DNA of 64,000 nucleotides from an uncultured Anaerolineales bacterium (GTDB lineage Bacteria; Planctomycetota; Phycisphaerae; FEN-1346): NCBI GenBank assembly GCA_964526295.1, contig CAZGKW010000011.1, positions 3,515 to 67,514 of the forward strand, read 5' to 3'. Shown piece by piece: positions 53,951 to 62,956 of this stretch (position 1 is its first letter; each line of letters starts with the position of its first letter). The notes under the pieces were generated by a model. It saw only the letters and a program-made list of their open reading frames with translations, ran no database searches and was not told where the DNA came from. The position numbers and the translations under genes were made by a program.

Positions 53951-54045
53951 AAAGTGGGGAAAAAGAGGGGACAGTCACCTTTTTCTGGACCATCGGGCAA
54001 CTTCTCGGGCGACTGTGGGCGGAAAAGGTGGCTGTCCCACTTTTC
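53949..54045. repeat. REP-like inverted pair, family C (GGGACAG[T/C]CACCTTTT)
   Basis: GGGACAGTCACCTTTTTC (53968-53985) against GAAAAGGTGGCTGTCCC (54022-54038); outer arms GAAAAGTGGG (53949-53958) and CCCACTTTTC (54036-54045). Confidence 0.75.
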
Positions 54046-54066
54046 ACTTCGATGAAAGGAGAGAGC

Positions 54067-54909
54067 ATGCTTCGCAGCACGTTCGTGTACGGACTGGCGG
54101 CCGCGATGGTCCTTGTTGGGGCGGTCGCGACGGCCCAGGCGGAGGAGGCGCCGCCGGACGCCGACGCGCCGCCGGAGGGCCAGGCGGCCCCGGAGGCCGA
54201 GGCGCCGGCCGTCCTCGACCAGCAAGAGACTGCGCCAGTGTCCTTGCTCGGCATCCTGAAAGACGCCTGGCAGAGCTTCAAGATCAGGTGGCAAGTGGGC
54301 GGCCCGTTGATGTGGCTGATCGCGGCGCTCGCGGTCGTTGCGGTCGTCTTCGCCATCGACCGGCTCATCGGCCTCCGCCGCAGCCGCATCGTGCCCCACG
54401 GCCTGGCGACGCGGGCGAACCGGCTCTGGGTCCAGGGCGAGTTCGAGCAGCTCCTGAAGCTGGCGCGGCGGAGCCGAAGCACCCTCGGCGAGGTCATCGC
54501 CTTCCTCGTCGAGCACCGCTCGAACTCCTACGAGCACCTCACGGCCGCCGCCGAGGACATCGCCGCCCGCGACTTCGAGCGGCACGGCCGGAGCGTCTAT
54601 CCGCTGGTCGCCGTGGGCACGCTGGCGCCGTTGTGCGGCCTCCTGGGCACCGTCTTCGGCCTCCTGGGGGCGTTCGCGACGATCGGCGTCGTGGGCAGCA
54701 TGGACGACCCGTCGGCCCTGGCGGGCGACATCGGCGAGGCCCTCATCACCACCGCCGCCGGCCTCATCGTGGCCATCCCGACGCTCATCCTCTACCACTA
54801 CTTCAGCAGCCGGACGGGCCTCTTCGCCGGCATCCTCGGGACCGAGGTCAGCAACCTGATGCACGGCTGGTTCCTGAAGAAGGAGGGGACCGATGCGAGT
54901 CAGGCTTGA
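54067..54909 (+). CDS. exbB: MotA/TolQ/ExbB proton channel family protein with N-terminal signal-like extension (280 aa)
   Basis: GAAAGGAG RBS; GGPLMWLI, APLCGLLGTVFGL, GDIGEALITTAAGLIVAIP. The symbol is family-level only. Confidence 0.92.
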   Translation: MLRSTFVYGLAAAMVLVGAVATAQAEEAPPDADAPPEGQAAPEAEAPAVLDQQETAPVSLLGILKDAWQSFKIRWQVGGPLMWLIAALAVVAVVFAIDRLIGLRRSRIVPHGLATRANRLWVQGEFEQLLKLARRSRSTLGEVIAFLVEHRSNSYEHLTAAAEDIAARDFERHGRSVYPLVAVGTLAPLCGLLGTVFGLLGAFATIGVVGSMDDPSALAGDIGEALITTAAGLIVAIPTLILYHYFSSRTGLFAGILGTEVSNLMHGWFLKKEGTDASQA

Positions 54910-55306
54910 CCGCAAGGAGGACACCCAGGTCCAGATGGGGCCGCTCATCGACTGCGTCTTCCTGCTGCTGATCTTCTTCATCGTCATCGCCGTGACGAAA
55001 AAGTCGATCAAGGAGCTGGGCATCCAGCTGCCCGCCCCGGGGGCCGCCGTCTCCGAGATCAAGCCCCGCGACAGGGACCTCGTCCTGCGTCTGACCGGCG
55101 ACGGCCAGGTCTACGTCGGCGACCGGGAGGTCCTCAAGCAGGGCGTTCTCGACGCCATCCGCGATGCGTACGAGCGGGACCCTGATACGAAGGTCCGGTT
55201 CGAGATCGACAAGCGGGCCCAGTTCCAGCACCTGTTCCCCATCATGGACCAGCTCAAGCACTACAACCTGACGGACTGGAGCTTCCGCGTCCGCATGGAG
55301 GAGTAG
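54893..55306 (+). CDS. exbD: ExbD/TolR family protein (137 aa)
   Basis: AAGGAGG RBS; TM MGPLIDCVFLLLIFFIV carries the essential Asp; C-terminal VRFEIDKRAQFQHLFPIMDQLK. Confidence 0.92.
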   Translation: MRVRLDRKEDTQVQMGPLIDCVFLLLIFFIVIAVTKKSIKELGIQLPAPGAAVSEIKPRDRDLVLRLTGDGQVYVGDREVLKQGVLDAIRDAYERDPDTKVRFEIDKRAQFQHLFPIMDQLKHYNLTDWSFRVRMEE

Positions 55307-55319
55307 GGAGGACGACGCG

Positions 55320-56654
55320 ATGGCCGAATCCATCGAGCCGAAAATCAGCCTCGGGCACCGCGTGCTGGTGGTCGCCCTGCACGTCGTGGTGGGCCTCATC
55401 GGCGTCTATGCCGTCTACCTCCTGTTCCGGGGCGTCGAGGTCGAGCAGACCATCTCTCCGGGCGAGCTTCGGGAGGTGATCAGCGAATACCGGGCCAAGC
55501 GCCGGGAGCGGATGGCCGCCGAGATCAACCAGCAGATGCGGCCCCTCCTCCGCGAGATGCGGGCCATCCGCGACAAGTGGCAGGCCGACGCGGGCGTCAC
55601 GGCCGACGCCGACGAGGTCCTGACCGACGCCGAGCAGGCCAGCCGGGCCGAGGCCGCCCGGCCCCTGGACGACCTTGCGTTCCACGGGGTCTACGACGTG
55701 GCCCGGGCCGTCGAGCAGGACATGATCACGATGTACCGCGAATTTCTGGCGGCCCGGACGGTGGGCCTGGGGCGGGGCTTCAGCTACGCCGAGGCCTACG
55801 ACCACTCCGCCACCCCGCGGCCGACCCGCCCCCCCATCGACACCGAGGCCCTGTACCGCGAGATCACGACCGTCGAGGAGGGCGGCGGGCTCGAGGCGTT
55901 CCGCCAGGAGATCAAGAAGTCGAACGTCGAGGTCCGCGAGATGCACCAGAACTGCGAGAAGCTCCTCGCCTTCACCCGCAAGTCGACCACCCAGACGGGC
56001 GACGGCATCAGCGTCGACATGAGCGCCGAGGACGTCGCCATGCTGGGCTACCGCGGACCCGAGCTGCTCCCCGACGAGATCGACCTCACCCACAGCCCCG
56101 ACCTGGGCAGCTTCAACGCCATCCCGGGCCGCCGGCTCGTGACCGGCGGCCGGATGGACGAGTGGCTTTACGTCGACACCTGGTACGTCATCGGCCCCTT
56201 CGAGGGCGACCGCCGGCGAGAGAACCTCGACACCCGCTTCGGGCCCGAGGCCAACGTCAACCTCGACGACGTCTTCACCGGCAAGGACGACCGCAAGGTC
56301 CGGTGGGAGTACAAGAAGGTCGGCTGGGTCCAGCCCGTCGGCCCGAAGACGGCCTTCTGGAAGATCGAGCCCCGCCAGGTCGAAAGCTACGCCATCTACT
56401 ACGCCTTCACCGAGATCTATTCGGACGCCCCGCGGGAGGTCTGGATCGCCACCGCCACCGACGACTACGGCAAGCTCTGGATCAACGACGAGCTCGTCTG
56501 GAAGAGCCCGAAGACCCGCAAACCCTACAATGCGACGGAGAACATCCAGCTCATCGACCTGGAGCAGGGCCAGAACAAGGTGCTGTATCGCGTGGAGAAC
56601 GCCGGCGGAACGATGGGGTTCTCCCTGATGGTCCGCCTGGCCACCGGCGGATAG
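55320..56654 (+). CDS. Single-TM membrane-anchored protein with helical stalk and C-terminal PA14-like module (444 aa), putative TonB/TolA analogue
   Basis: GGAGGA RBS; TM VLVVALHVVVGLIGVYAVYLLF; helical/coiled region; C-terminal WYVIGPFEG...YYAFTEI...TDDYGKLWINDELVW...LEQGQNKVLYRV. Confidence 0.7.
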   Translation: MAESIEPKISLGHRVLVVALHVVVGLIGVYAVYLLFRGVEVEQTISPGELREVISEYRAKRRERMAAEINQQMRPLLREMRAIRDKWQADAGVTADADEVLTDAEQASRAEAARPLDDLAFHGVYDVARAVEQDMITMYREFLAARTVGLGRGFSYAEAYDHSATPRPTRPPIDTEALYREITTVEEGGGLEAFRQEIKKSNVEVREMHQNCEKLLAFTRKSTTQTGDGISVDMSAEDVAMLGYRGPELLPDEIDLTHSPDLGSFNAIPGRRLVTGGRMDEWLYVDTWYVIGPFEGDRRRENLDTRFGPEANVNLDDVFTGKDDRKVRWEYKKVGWVQPVGPKTAFWKIEPRQVESYAIYYAFTEIYSDAPREVWIATATDDYGKLWINDELVWKSPKTRKPYNATENIQLIDLEQGQNKVLYRVENAGGTMGFSLMVRLATGG

Positions 56655-56795
56655 CGTCGACCGCCTCATAGGAGTTCTCAGCGGCCGGTCTCTGTGCCGA
56701 CCGCGCTTCACGGGCCGAGAACGCGGCGGGCGATCCGGGCCCGCCGCGCCGAAAGTCGACAGGACCTGCCCGAACCCGCTTGGCGGAGGGACCCG

Positions 56796-58823
56796 ATGCC
56801 GAGGCACGCCGCCACGTCCATCTTGGCCGCGACACTCGCCCTGGCGGCCTTGCCCAACGCGGTTCGTGCCGCGCCGGCTTCGGCCGACGTGCTCCGGATC
56901 GTCGAGGGCCACGTGCCGCCCGAGGCCGGCGAGCATCCCCGCCTGATGGTCCGAAAGGGCGACGGCGTCGAGGCGCTCAGGCGGGCCGCCGCTACGGACT
57001 GGGGCCGGCGCGTCACGGCCCGCCTCCACCAGGCCCTCAAGCTGGTCGAGAAGCTCGCCATCACCGGCCGCAACCGCGAGGTCATTAAGGAAGCCGGCTT
57101 CAAGGCCGCCGGCTACGGGGCCGCCTGCCTGTTGGATCAGGACGCCCGGACCGCCGCCGAGGCCCGCGACACCGTCCTCAAGGAGGTCGTCCACTACCCG
57201 CTGACGGGCACGCTCAGCCTGATGGACCGCATCTCGCGGCTCCACGGCACGGCCGTCGCGTACGACCTCTGCTACGATGCGTGGGACGAGCCGACCCGGG
57301 CGAAGGTCCGGGCGTGGCTCGCCGAGGAGGCCCGGGACCTTCGCCGACGAGTCGACTCGCCCGAGCCGGCCCGCGTCGGCCAGCCGGAGCGCGTCACGGC
57401 CCACGCCGTGGCGGGCATCGCCGAGCTGGCCCTTCTGGGCGACTCGGGCGACGCGGCCGACCCCGGCCGGATCGCCGATTCCGAGCGGGCCGTCCTCGCC
57501 TACCTGGACCGCCACGTCGGCCCGCTGGGCTTCGACGCCCACGGCGAGTCGGTCCGCGAGGCGGCGTTCGCCTCGGGCATCCTCGAGTTCCTCCGGGCCG
57601 AGCGGCTCGTCCTCGGCCGCGACCTCACGGGCCACCCCGCCGTCGCCGCGGTCCTCGTCCCGATGGTCTACATGACCGTGCCGGAGGTGGGCATCGCCGT
57701 CACCGGCGGGACGACGGCGACGGTCGACCGGACGGGCCTGTTCGCCTTGGCGACCGACCTGACGCCGCCCCCGCGCCGACCGGCCGTCGCGTGGCTCTTC
57801 GAGAAGGTGGGGGGCGAGCAGTATCTGGGCATCGTCCGGCCGCACCACGGCCTGGCGATGATGACGAGCGGCCTGGACACGATCGAGCCGGTCCCGCCGG
57901 GCGACCCGTGGCCGCGACGGGGAAACGGCCGGACTTGGGCTGAACACGCCGCGCCGGGAAGCGGCCTCGCCGCCCGGGCCATGGGCTGGCCCCGGTTCGT
58001 CCACAGCGACCGGGCCGGCATGGCGGTCTTCCGCAGCCGGTGGAAGGACGCCGGCGACGTCGCGACCGTCGTCCACGACGGGGCCCTCCGGATCCTCGGG
58101 CCGGCCTCGCCGTGGGCGGCCCAGCCCGGCGTCGACGCCGCCAGGTGGAGCCACGACCCCGGGGCCGGCGGCCTGGACAACGTGTTTCTGTTCAGCCCGA
58201 ACGTGGGCAAGCAGCGGGTCTACGAGCTCCGCCTCCGGCGCCGGCTCGTCTCGTGCCGCATCATCGAGCCCGGCCGCCTCGCCACGCTCGTCTCGACCGT
58301 GCAAGGCCGGATCGATGCCTCGACCGATTCCTACCAGGTCTCCAAGAGAAAGGGCGGAAAGAAAGTCGAGGAGAAGGTGCCGGTTCCGGCCGGGGGCCCG
58401 TTCGAGGGGACACGGGTCCTCGGCATCGATTACACCGGCCGGTGCGGCACACCCGGCCTGTTCGTGATCGCCGACCGGTTGAGCGGCGGCGGCGAGGTGC
58501 CTCGCACGTGGGCCCTTCACACCGGCCCCGAGGTGAAGATCGCCACCGACGGGCCGACGTTCTCGTTCACCGACGAGACGGGGGCCGGCCTCCACGCCAC
58601 GGTCGTCTACCCCCCGGACGTGACCTTCGAAAAGACCAACAACCGGGGCGTGGCCAACTTCGTCACCGCTCGGACGCCCGGCGACCGCTTCGAGGTCGTC
58701 ATGACCGTCCGGGCCGGCGGTCCGCCGCCGAAGGTCTCGGCGGGCGACGAGGGGCTCGCCGGCGACGTCCGGGTGGGCCAGCGCACCGTTCGCGTGGAAG
58801 CCGACGCCGTCGTCTTTGACTGA
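56796..58823 (+). CDS. Secreted heparinase II/III-like protein, paralog P4, lacking the N-terminal beta-domain (675 aa)
   Basis: GGAGG RBS; signal peptide; AGEHPRLMVRK; AVAYDLCYDAW; GMAVFRSRW; RVLGIDYTGRCGTP. Confidence 0.72.
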   Translation: MPRHAATSILAATLALAALPNAVRAAPASADVLRIVEGHVPPEAGEHPRLMVRKGDGVEALRRAAATDWGRRVTARLHQALKLVEKLAITGRNREVIKEAGFKAAGYGAACLLDQDARTAAEARDTVLKEVVHYPLTGTLSLMDRISRLHGTAVAYDLCYDAWDEPTRAKVRAWLAEEARDLRRRVDSPEPARVGQPERVTAHAVAGIAELALLGDSGDAADPGRIADSERAVLAYLDRHVGPLGFDAHGESVREAAFASGILEFLRAERLVLGRDLTGHPAVAAVLVPMVYMTVPEVGIAVTGGTTATVDRTGLFALATDLTPPPRRPAVAWLFEKVGGEQYLGIVRPHHGLAMMTSGLDTIEPVPPGDPWPRRGNGRTWAEHAAPGSGLAARAMGWPRFVHSDRAGMAVFRSRWKDAGDVATVVHDGALRILGPASPWAAQPGVDAARWSHDPGAGGLDNVFLFSPNVGKQRVYELRLRRRLVSCRIIEPGRLATLVSTVQGRIDASTDSYQVSKRKGGKKVEEKVPVPAGGPFEGTRVLGIDYTGRCGTPGLFVIADRLSGGGEVPRTWALHTGPEVKIATDGPTFSFTDETGAGLHATVVYPPDVTFEKTNNRGVANFVTARTPGDRFEVVMTVRAGGPPPKVSAGDEGLAGDVRVGQRTVRVEADAVVFD

Positions 58824-58893
58824 TGACCGGTGGGCGACCACCGGGCCCCGGACGGTCACGGCCAGTTCTGTGCGTACCGAGGAAGGAACTCGC

Positions 58894-59532
58894 GTGTTCA
58901 GCTACACCAGCCGCAAGGGCGTCACCTACTACGTGCACGCGCGTCTTCGGAAGAAAGGGGGTGTCTCCTATGTCCTCAGGCGGACACCCGAAGAGGCCCT
59001 GTCGGGCCTGCCGGAGGGCTACGAGGTCGTCGAGAACGTGAACGGGCAAGCCTCCGTCCGCCGGGCACGGCCCCGGCTGATCACCCCTGAGGAGGAGGCC
59101 CAGGTGGCGGCGAGCCTGGAGGCCCACGGCCTGAAGGACTACCGGGTCGAGGTCAAAGGCCGGTATCTGACGGTCTTCGAGCCCAGCACGGACCCCGAGG
59201 AAGTCGCGGAGGTGTTCGACCCGCTCGGCCTCGGAGGCGGCCTCGACGGCCCGTTCAAGGACGTGATGCGGCACCTCCTGGGCGACGAACTCATCGATCG
59301 GTACATCCGCGAGAAAAGGCAGACATTTGCCGAGAGCGTCCGGCAAAAGCTGCAATTTTTCCCCGTGCTTCGCTTCGAGCTGGCCAAAGGCGAGCCGCGG
59401 CAGTTCCACGTCGAACGGAGGCACTACTCCGGCGACGGCGGCTGGTTGTCTCTTGCGACCCTTCGGCTCGAGCGCGGGCTGAAGCGTTACGTCCGGCACC
59501 TGGGCAAGGACAGCTTCTTCGAGCTGATGTAG
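58894..59532 (+). CDS. Cytoplasmic hypothetical protein (212 aa)
   Basis: GTG start after GAGGAAGGA; YTSRKGVTYY...LPEGYEVVENVNGQ resembles a conserved-hypothetical motif; no signal peptide. Confidence 0.7.
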   Translation: MFSYTSRKGVTYYVHARLRKKGGVSYVLRRTPEEALSGLPEGYEVVENVNGQASVRRARPRLITPEEEAQVAASLEAHGLKDYRVEVKGRYLTVFEPSTDPEEVAEVFDPLGLGGGLDGPFKDVMRHLLGDELIDRYIREKRQTFAESVRQKLQFFPVLRFELAKGEPRQFHVERRHYSGDGGWLSLATLRLERGLKRYVRHLGKDSFFELM

Positions 59533-59660
59533 CCGCCGGGCCGGGCCTGCGCAGCATCCAGCCGAGGCCGGGCCGGTTGCCGGTTGCCGCAGGCGCGGCG
59601 GGCGGGTATGGTGGCGGTGGTCTCGCCCCTTCACTTCTCGTGGCAGGAAGGAGACCGATC

Positions 59661-62600
59661 GTGTCTCGCAAGGCGCTTGCGCTGGTCCTTTCTCTCGCAG
59701 CGTTGCCCGTCGCCTCGGCCGGCGCCGCGGGTCCCTCCGACGACGCCCGGGCCATCCTGGAAGCGAGCGGCGCCCGAGGCGGACTTATCGTCCACCTCCA
59801 GTGCGGCGACGGACGACTCACCGCCGCGCTGGCCGGCGACGGCCCGTACCTCGTGCACGGCCTCGCGAGCGCCGAGCGCGACGTCGAAGCGGCCCGCGAG
59901 CACGTCCACTCGCGGGGCCTCTACGGCCGGGTCAGCATCGACCGCTTCCGCGGGGGACGGCTGCCCTATGCCGAGGAGCTCGTCAACCTCGTCGTCGCCG
60001 AGCGGGTCCCGGCGGCCCTTCGGGCGGAGGTCGAGCGGGTGCTCGCCCCGGGCGGCGCGGTCTGTGAGAAGCCCGGCGCCACGTGGGTCGCCACGCCGAA
60101 GGCCCGGCCCGAGACAATCGACGAATGGACCCACTTTCTTCACGGGCCCGACAACAACGCCGTCTCGACCGACGCCCGCATCGCCCCGCCGCGCCACGCC
60201 CGGTGGATAGCCGGCCCGCGGTGGGCCCGCAGCCACGACCACCTGGCGAGCCTGTCGGCGATGGTCTCGTCGGGGGGCCGTGTCTTCGCCATCGTCGACG
60301 AGGGGCCCATCGCGACGGTCGCCATGCCGCCGGACTGGCAGCTCGTCGCCCGAGACGCCTTCAGCGGCGTGCTCCTGTGGAAACGGGCGATCGGCCCGTG
60401 GGAGGGGACGCTCCGGGGCTTTCGAAGCGGCCCGGCGGACCTCGCCCGGCGCCTCGTCGCCGTCGGCGACCGCCTCTACGTGACGCTCGGATACGACGAG
60501 CCCGTCTCCGTGCTCGATGCCGCCACCGGCCGGACCGTCGCCACCTACCCGCAGACGAAGGGGGCCCAGGAGCTGGTTTTGGCCGACGGCGTCCTGTACG
60601 CCGTCCTGGGCGACCGGGAGCTCGCCGAGGCCGCCGACGCCGCACGGCGCCGCGGGGCCGTCCCCCCGCCGCGGAACAAGCGGATCGTCGCCGTCCGGGC
60701 GGCCGACGGGAAGGTCCTCTGGACGAAGGCCGACGCCGACACCGCCGAGGTCATGCCGACGACGCTCGCCGTCGCGGGCGGCCGGGTCTACTTCGAGGAC
60801 CCGCGGGAGGTCGTCTGCCTCGACGCCGCCGACGCCCGCGAGGTCTGGCGGGCCAAGCGGCCGATCACCGTCAAGCGGCTCGGCTGGTCGACGCCGACGC
60901 TCGTGGTCTACGGCGACGTGGTGCTCTCGGCGGACCGGAGCGCCCCGGCAAGCTCGCCGCCCACCTCCTCGGCCGGTGCCGAGGCGGCCGGCCAGGTCGA
61001 GTCGGAGCCGTCGAGCAAGGGCGGCAACTCGCCGCCCGGCGAGCTGATCGCCTTCCACGCCGACACCGGCCGGCGGCTCTGGACGTCGCGCTGCCGGGAG
61101 ACCTACAACGCCCCCGTAGACGTCCTGGTGACCGACGACCTCATCTGGACGGGCGTCCTTGTCAAGGCCGGCGAGCCCGGCGTCACGGAGGCCCTCGACC
61201 CGATGACCGGCCAGGTCCGCCGCAACCGGCCGCCCGACCGGGAGTTCTTCGCCCCCGGCATGGGCCACCACCGGTGCTACCGCAACAAGGCCACCGGCCG
61301 GTACCTGCTGCTCGGGCGGTCGGGCGTCGAGTTCATCGACCTGAAGACGGGCCAGGGCATCGCGAACCACTGGATCCGCGGCACCTGCCAGTACGGCATC
61401 ATGCCGGCCAACGGGCTGCTCTACGTCCCGCCGCACTCGTGCGCCTGCTTCATCGAGGCGAAGCTGAATTCGCTGAATGCCCTGGCGGCGGACCGCTCGC
61501 GGCCTGCCCCGACGCCGGAGCGCGACCGCTTGGAGCGCGGCCCGGCATACGGCCAGGCCGGCGAGCCAGGCAGGAGGGCCGGCCGTGAAGGCGACTGGCC
61601 GACCTACCGGCACGACGCCGCCCGAAGCGGCCGGGCCTCGTCGGCCCTCGGGACCGACCTCGCGGCGGCCTGGGAGACGCCGCTCGAGGGGCCCCTGTCG
61701 AGCGTGACGGTGGCGGGGGGCAAGGTGTTCGTCGCTCGCGCAGGCGCCCACACCGTCTCGGCCCTCGACGCCGAATCGGGCCGGCCCGTGTGGCAGTTCA
61801 CGGCCGGCGGCCGCGTCGATTCGCCACCGACGATCCACGAGGGACTCGCGCTCTTCGGCTCGGCCGACGGGTGCGTCTACGCCCTTGGCGCCGACGACGG
61901 CCGCCTCGCCTGGCGGCGGCAGGTCACCCCGGAGGACCGGCGCGTCGTCGCGTACGGACAGCTCGAGTCGGCGTGGCCGGTGCACGGGAGCGTCCTCGTG
62001 CGAGACGGCGAGATCTGGTGCGCGGCGGGGCGGTCGTCGTTCCTGGACGGGGGCATCCGCCTGTGCCGACTCGACCCCGCCACCGGCAAGCCCCTCGGCA
62101 CGACCATCATCGACCATCGCGACCCGAAGACGGGCTACCAGGAGAAAGGCGTCGTCCGCGGGCCGAACATGCCGGGCGCTTTGCCCGACGTCCTCTCGGC
62201 GCAACATGGTTCCGTCTACATGCGACAGGCCCGGTTCGGGCCCGACGGGAAGGAACTCCCGCCCGACGAGCCGCACCTGTTCAGCCCGGCCGGGTTCCTC
62301 GACGAGACGTGGTGGCACCGGACCTACTGGATGGTCGGGACGGACATGGGGAGCGGCTGGGGCGGATGGGCCGGCTCGGCCGGACGCTGCCCCTCCGGGC
62401 GGATCCTCGCCCTCGACGGGCCGACCGTCTACGGCTACGGCCGGACGGCCTACGGGAACAACCGGCACGTCGGCCTCGGCACGTCCGCCTACCGGCTGTA
62501 TGCGGCGAAGCTCGGGCCAACCGCCCCCAACCTCCGCACCGCGCCGGCCGAGGCGGGCGGCGCGAAGCCGAAGGCCGATCCGGCCAGGAAGCAGCGCCGC

Positions 62601-62921
62601 CGCGGCCGCCGGCAGGCCCGGCCGAAGTACGAGACGCGGTGGTCGCGCGACGCCGGCGTCCAGGTCCGGGCGATGGTCCTGGCGGGCGAGACGCTCTTCA
62701 TCGCCGGCCCGCCCGAGGCGGGCGACGATCCGGCCGCCGCGCTCGCCGCGCACGAAGGCCGACGCGGCGCACTCCTCCGGGCCGTCTCGACAGCGGACGG
62801 CGAGGTCCGGTCGAGCGTGAAGCTGGCGGCGCCGCCCGTCTGGGACGGCATGGCCGTCGCCCGCGGCCGGCTCTACCTGGCGACGACCGACGGCAAGGTG
62901 CTGTGCTTCGAGGGGAAGTGA
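59661..62921 (+). CDS. Secreted PQQ-like double beta-propeller protein with N-terminal methyltransferase-like domain (1086 aa)
   Basis: AGGAAGGAG RBS plus GTG; signal peptide; GGLIVHLQCGDG...LPYAEELVNLVV; EWTHFLHGPDNN; DWPTYRHDAARSG; WQFTAGGRVDSPP. Confidence 0.88.
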   Translation: MSRKALALVLSLAALPVASAGAAGPSDDARAILEASGARGGLIVHLQCGDGRLTAALAGDGPYLVHGLASAERDVEAAREHVHSRGLYGRVSIDRFRGGRLPYAEELVNLVVAERVPAALRAEVERVLAPGGAVCEKPGATWVATPKARPETIDEWTHFLHGPDNNAVSTDARIAPPRHARWIAGPRWARSHDHLASLSAMVSSGGRVFAIVDEGPIATVAMPPDWQLVARDAFSGVLLWKRAIGPWEGTLRGFRSGPADLARRLVAVGDRLYVTLGYDEPVSVLDAATGRTVATYPQTKGAQELVLADGVLYAVLGDRELAEAADAARRRGAVPPPRNKRIVAVRAADGKVLWTKADADTAEVMPTTLAVAGGRVYFEDPREVVCLDAADAREVWRAKRPITVKRLGWSTPTLVVYGDVVLSADRSAPASSPPTSSAGAEAAGQVESEPSSKGGNSPPGELIAFHADTGRRLWTSRCRETYNAPVDVLVTDDLIWTGVLVKAGEPGVTEALDPMTGQVRRNRPPDREFFAPGMGHHRCYRNKATGRYLLLGRSGVEFIDLKTGQGIANHWIRGTCQYGIMPANGLLYVPPHSCACFIEAKLNSLNALAADRSRPAPTPERDRLERGPAYGQAGEPGRRAGREGDWPTYRHDAARSGRASSALGTDLAAAWETPLEGPLSSVTVAGGKVFVARAGAHTVSALDAESGRPVWQFTAGGRVDSPPTIHEGLALFGSADGCVYALGADDGRLAWRRQVTPEDRRVVAYGQLESAWPVHGSVLVRDGEIWCAAGRSSFLDGGIRLCRLDPATGKPLGTTIIDHRDPKTGYQEKGVVRGPNMPGALPDVLSAQHGSVYMRQARFGPDGKELPPDEPHLFSPAGFLDETWWHRTYWMVGTDMGSGWGGWAGSAGRCPSGRILALDGPTVYGYGRTAYGNNRHVGLGTSAYRLYAAKLGPTAPNLRTAPAEAGGAKPKADPARKQRRRGRRQARPKYETRWSRDAGVQVRAMVLAGETLFIAGPPEAGDDPAAALAAHEGRRGALLRAVSTADGEVRSSVKLAAPPVWDGMAVARGRLYLATTDGKVLCFEGK

Positions 62922-62956
62922 GGGCGGCCGCAGGTCGCTTCAATGCCGTTCTCCTC

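Noticed and set aside
53947-54066. N-terminal 40 aa of the ExbB ORF as listed in the ORF track
   Set aside because: It is a translation of the REP-like repeat; a strong RBS supports ATG 54067.
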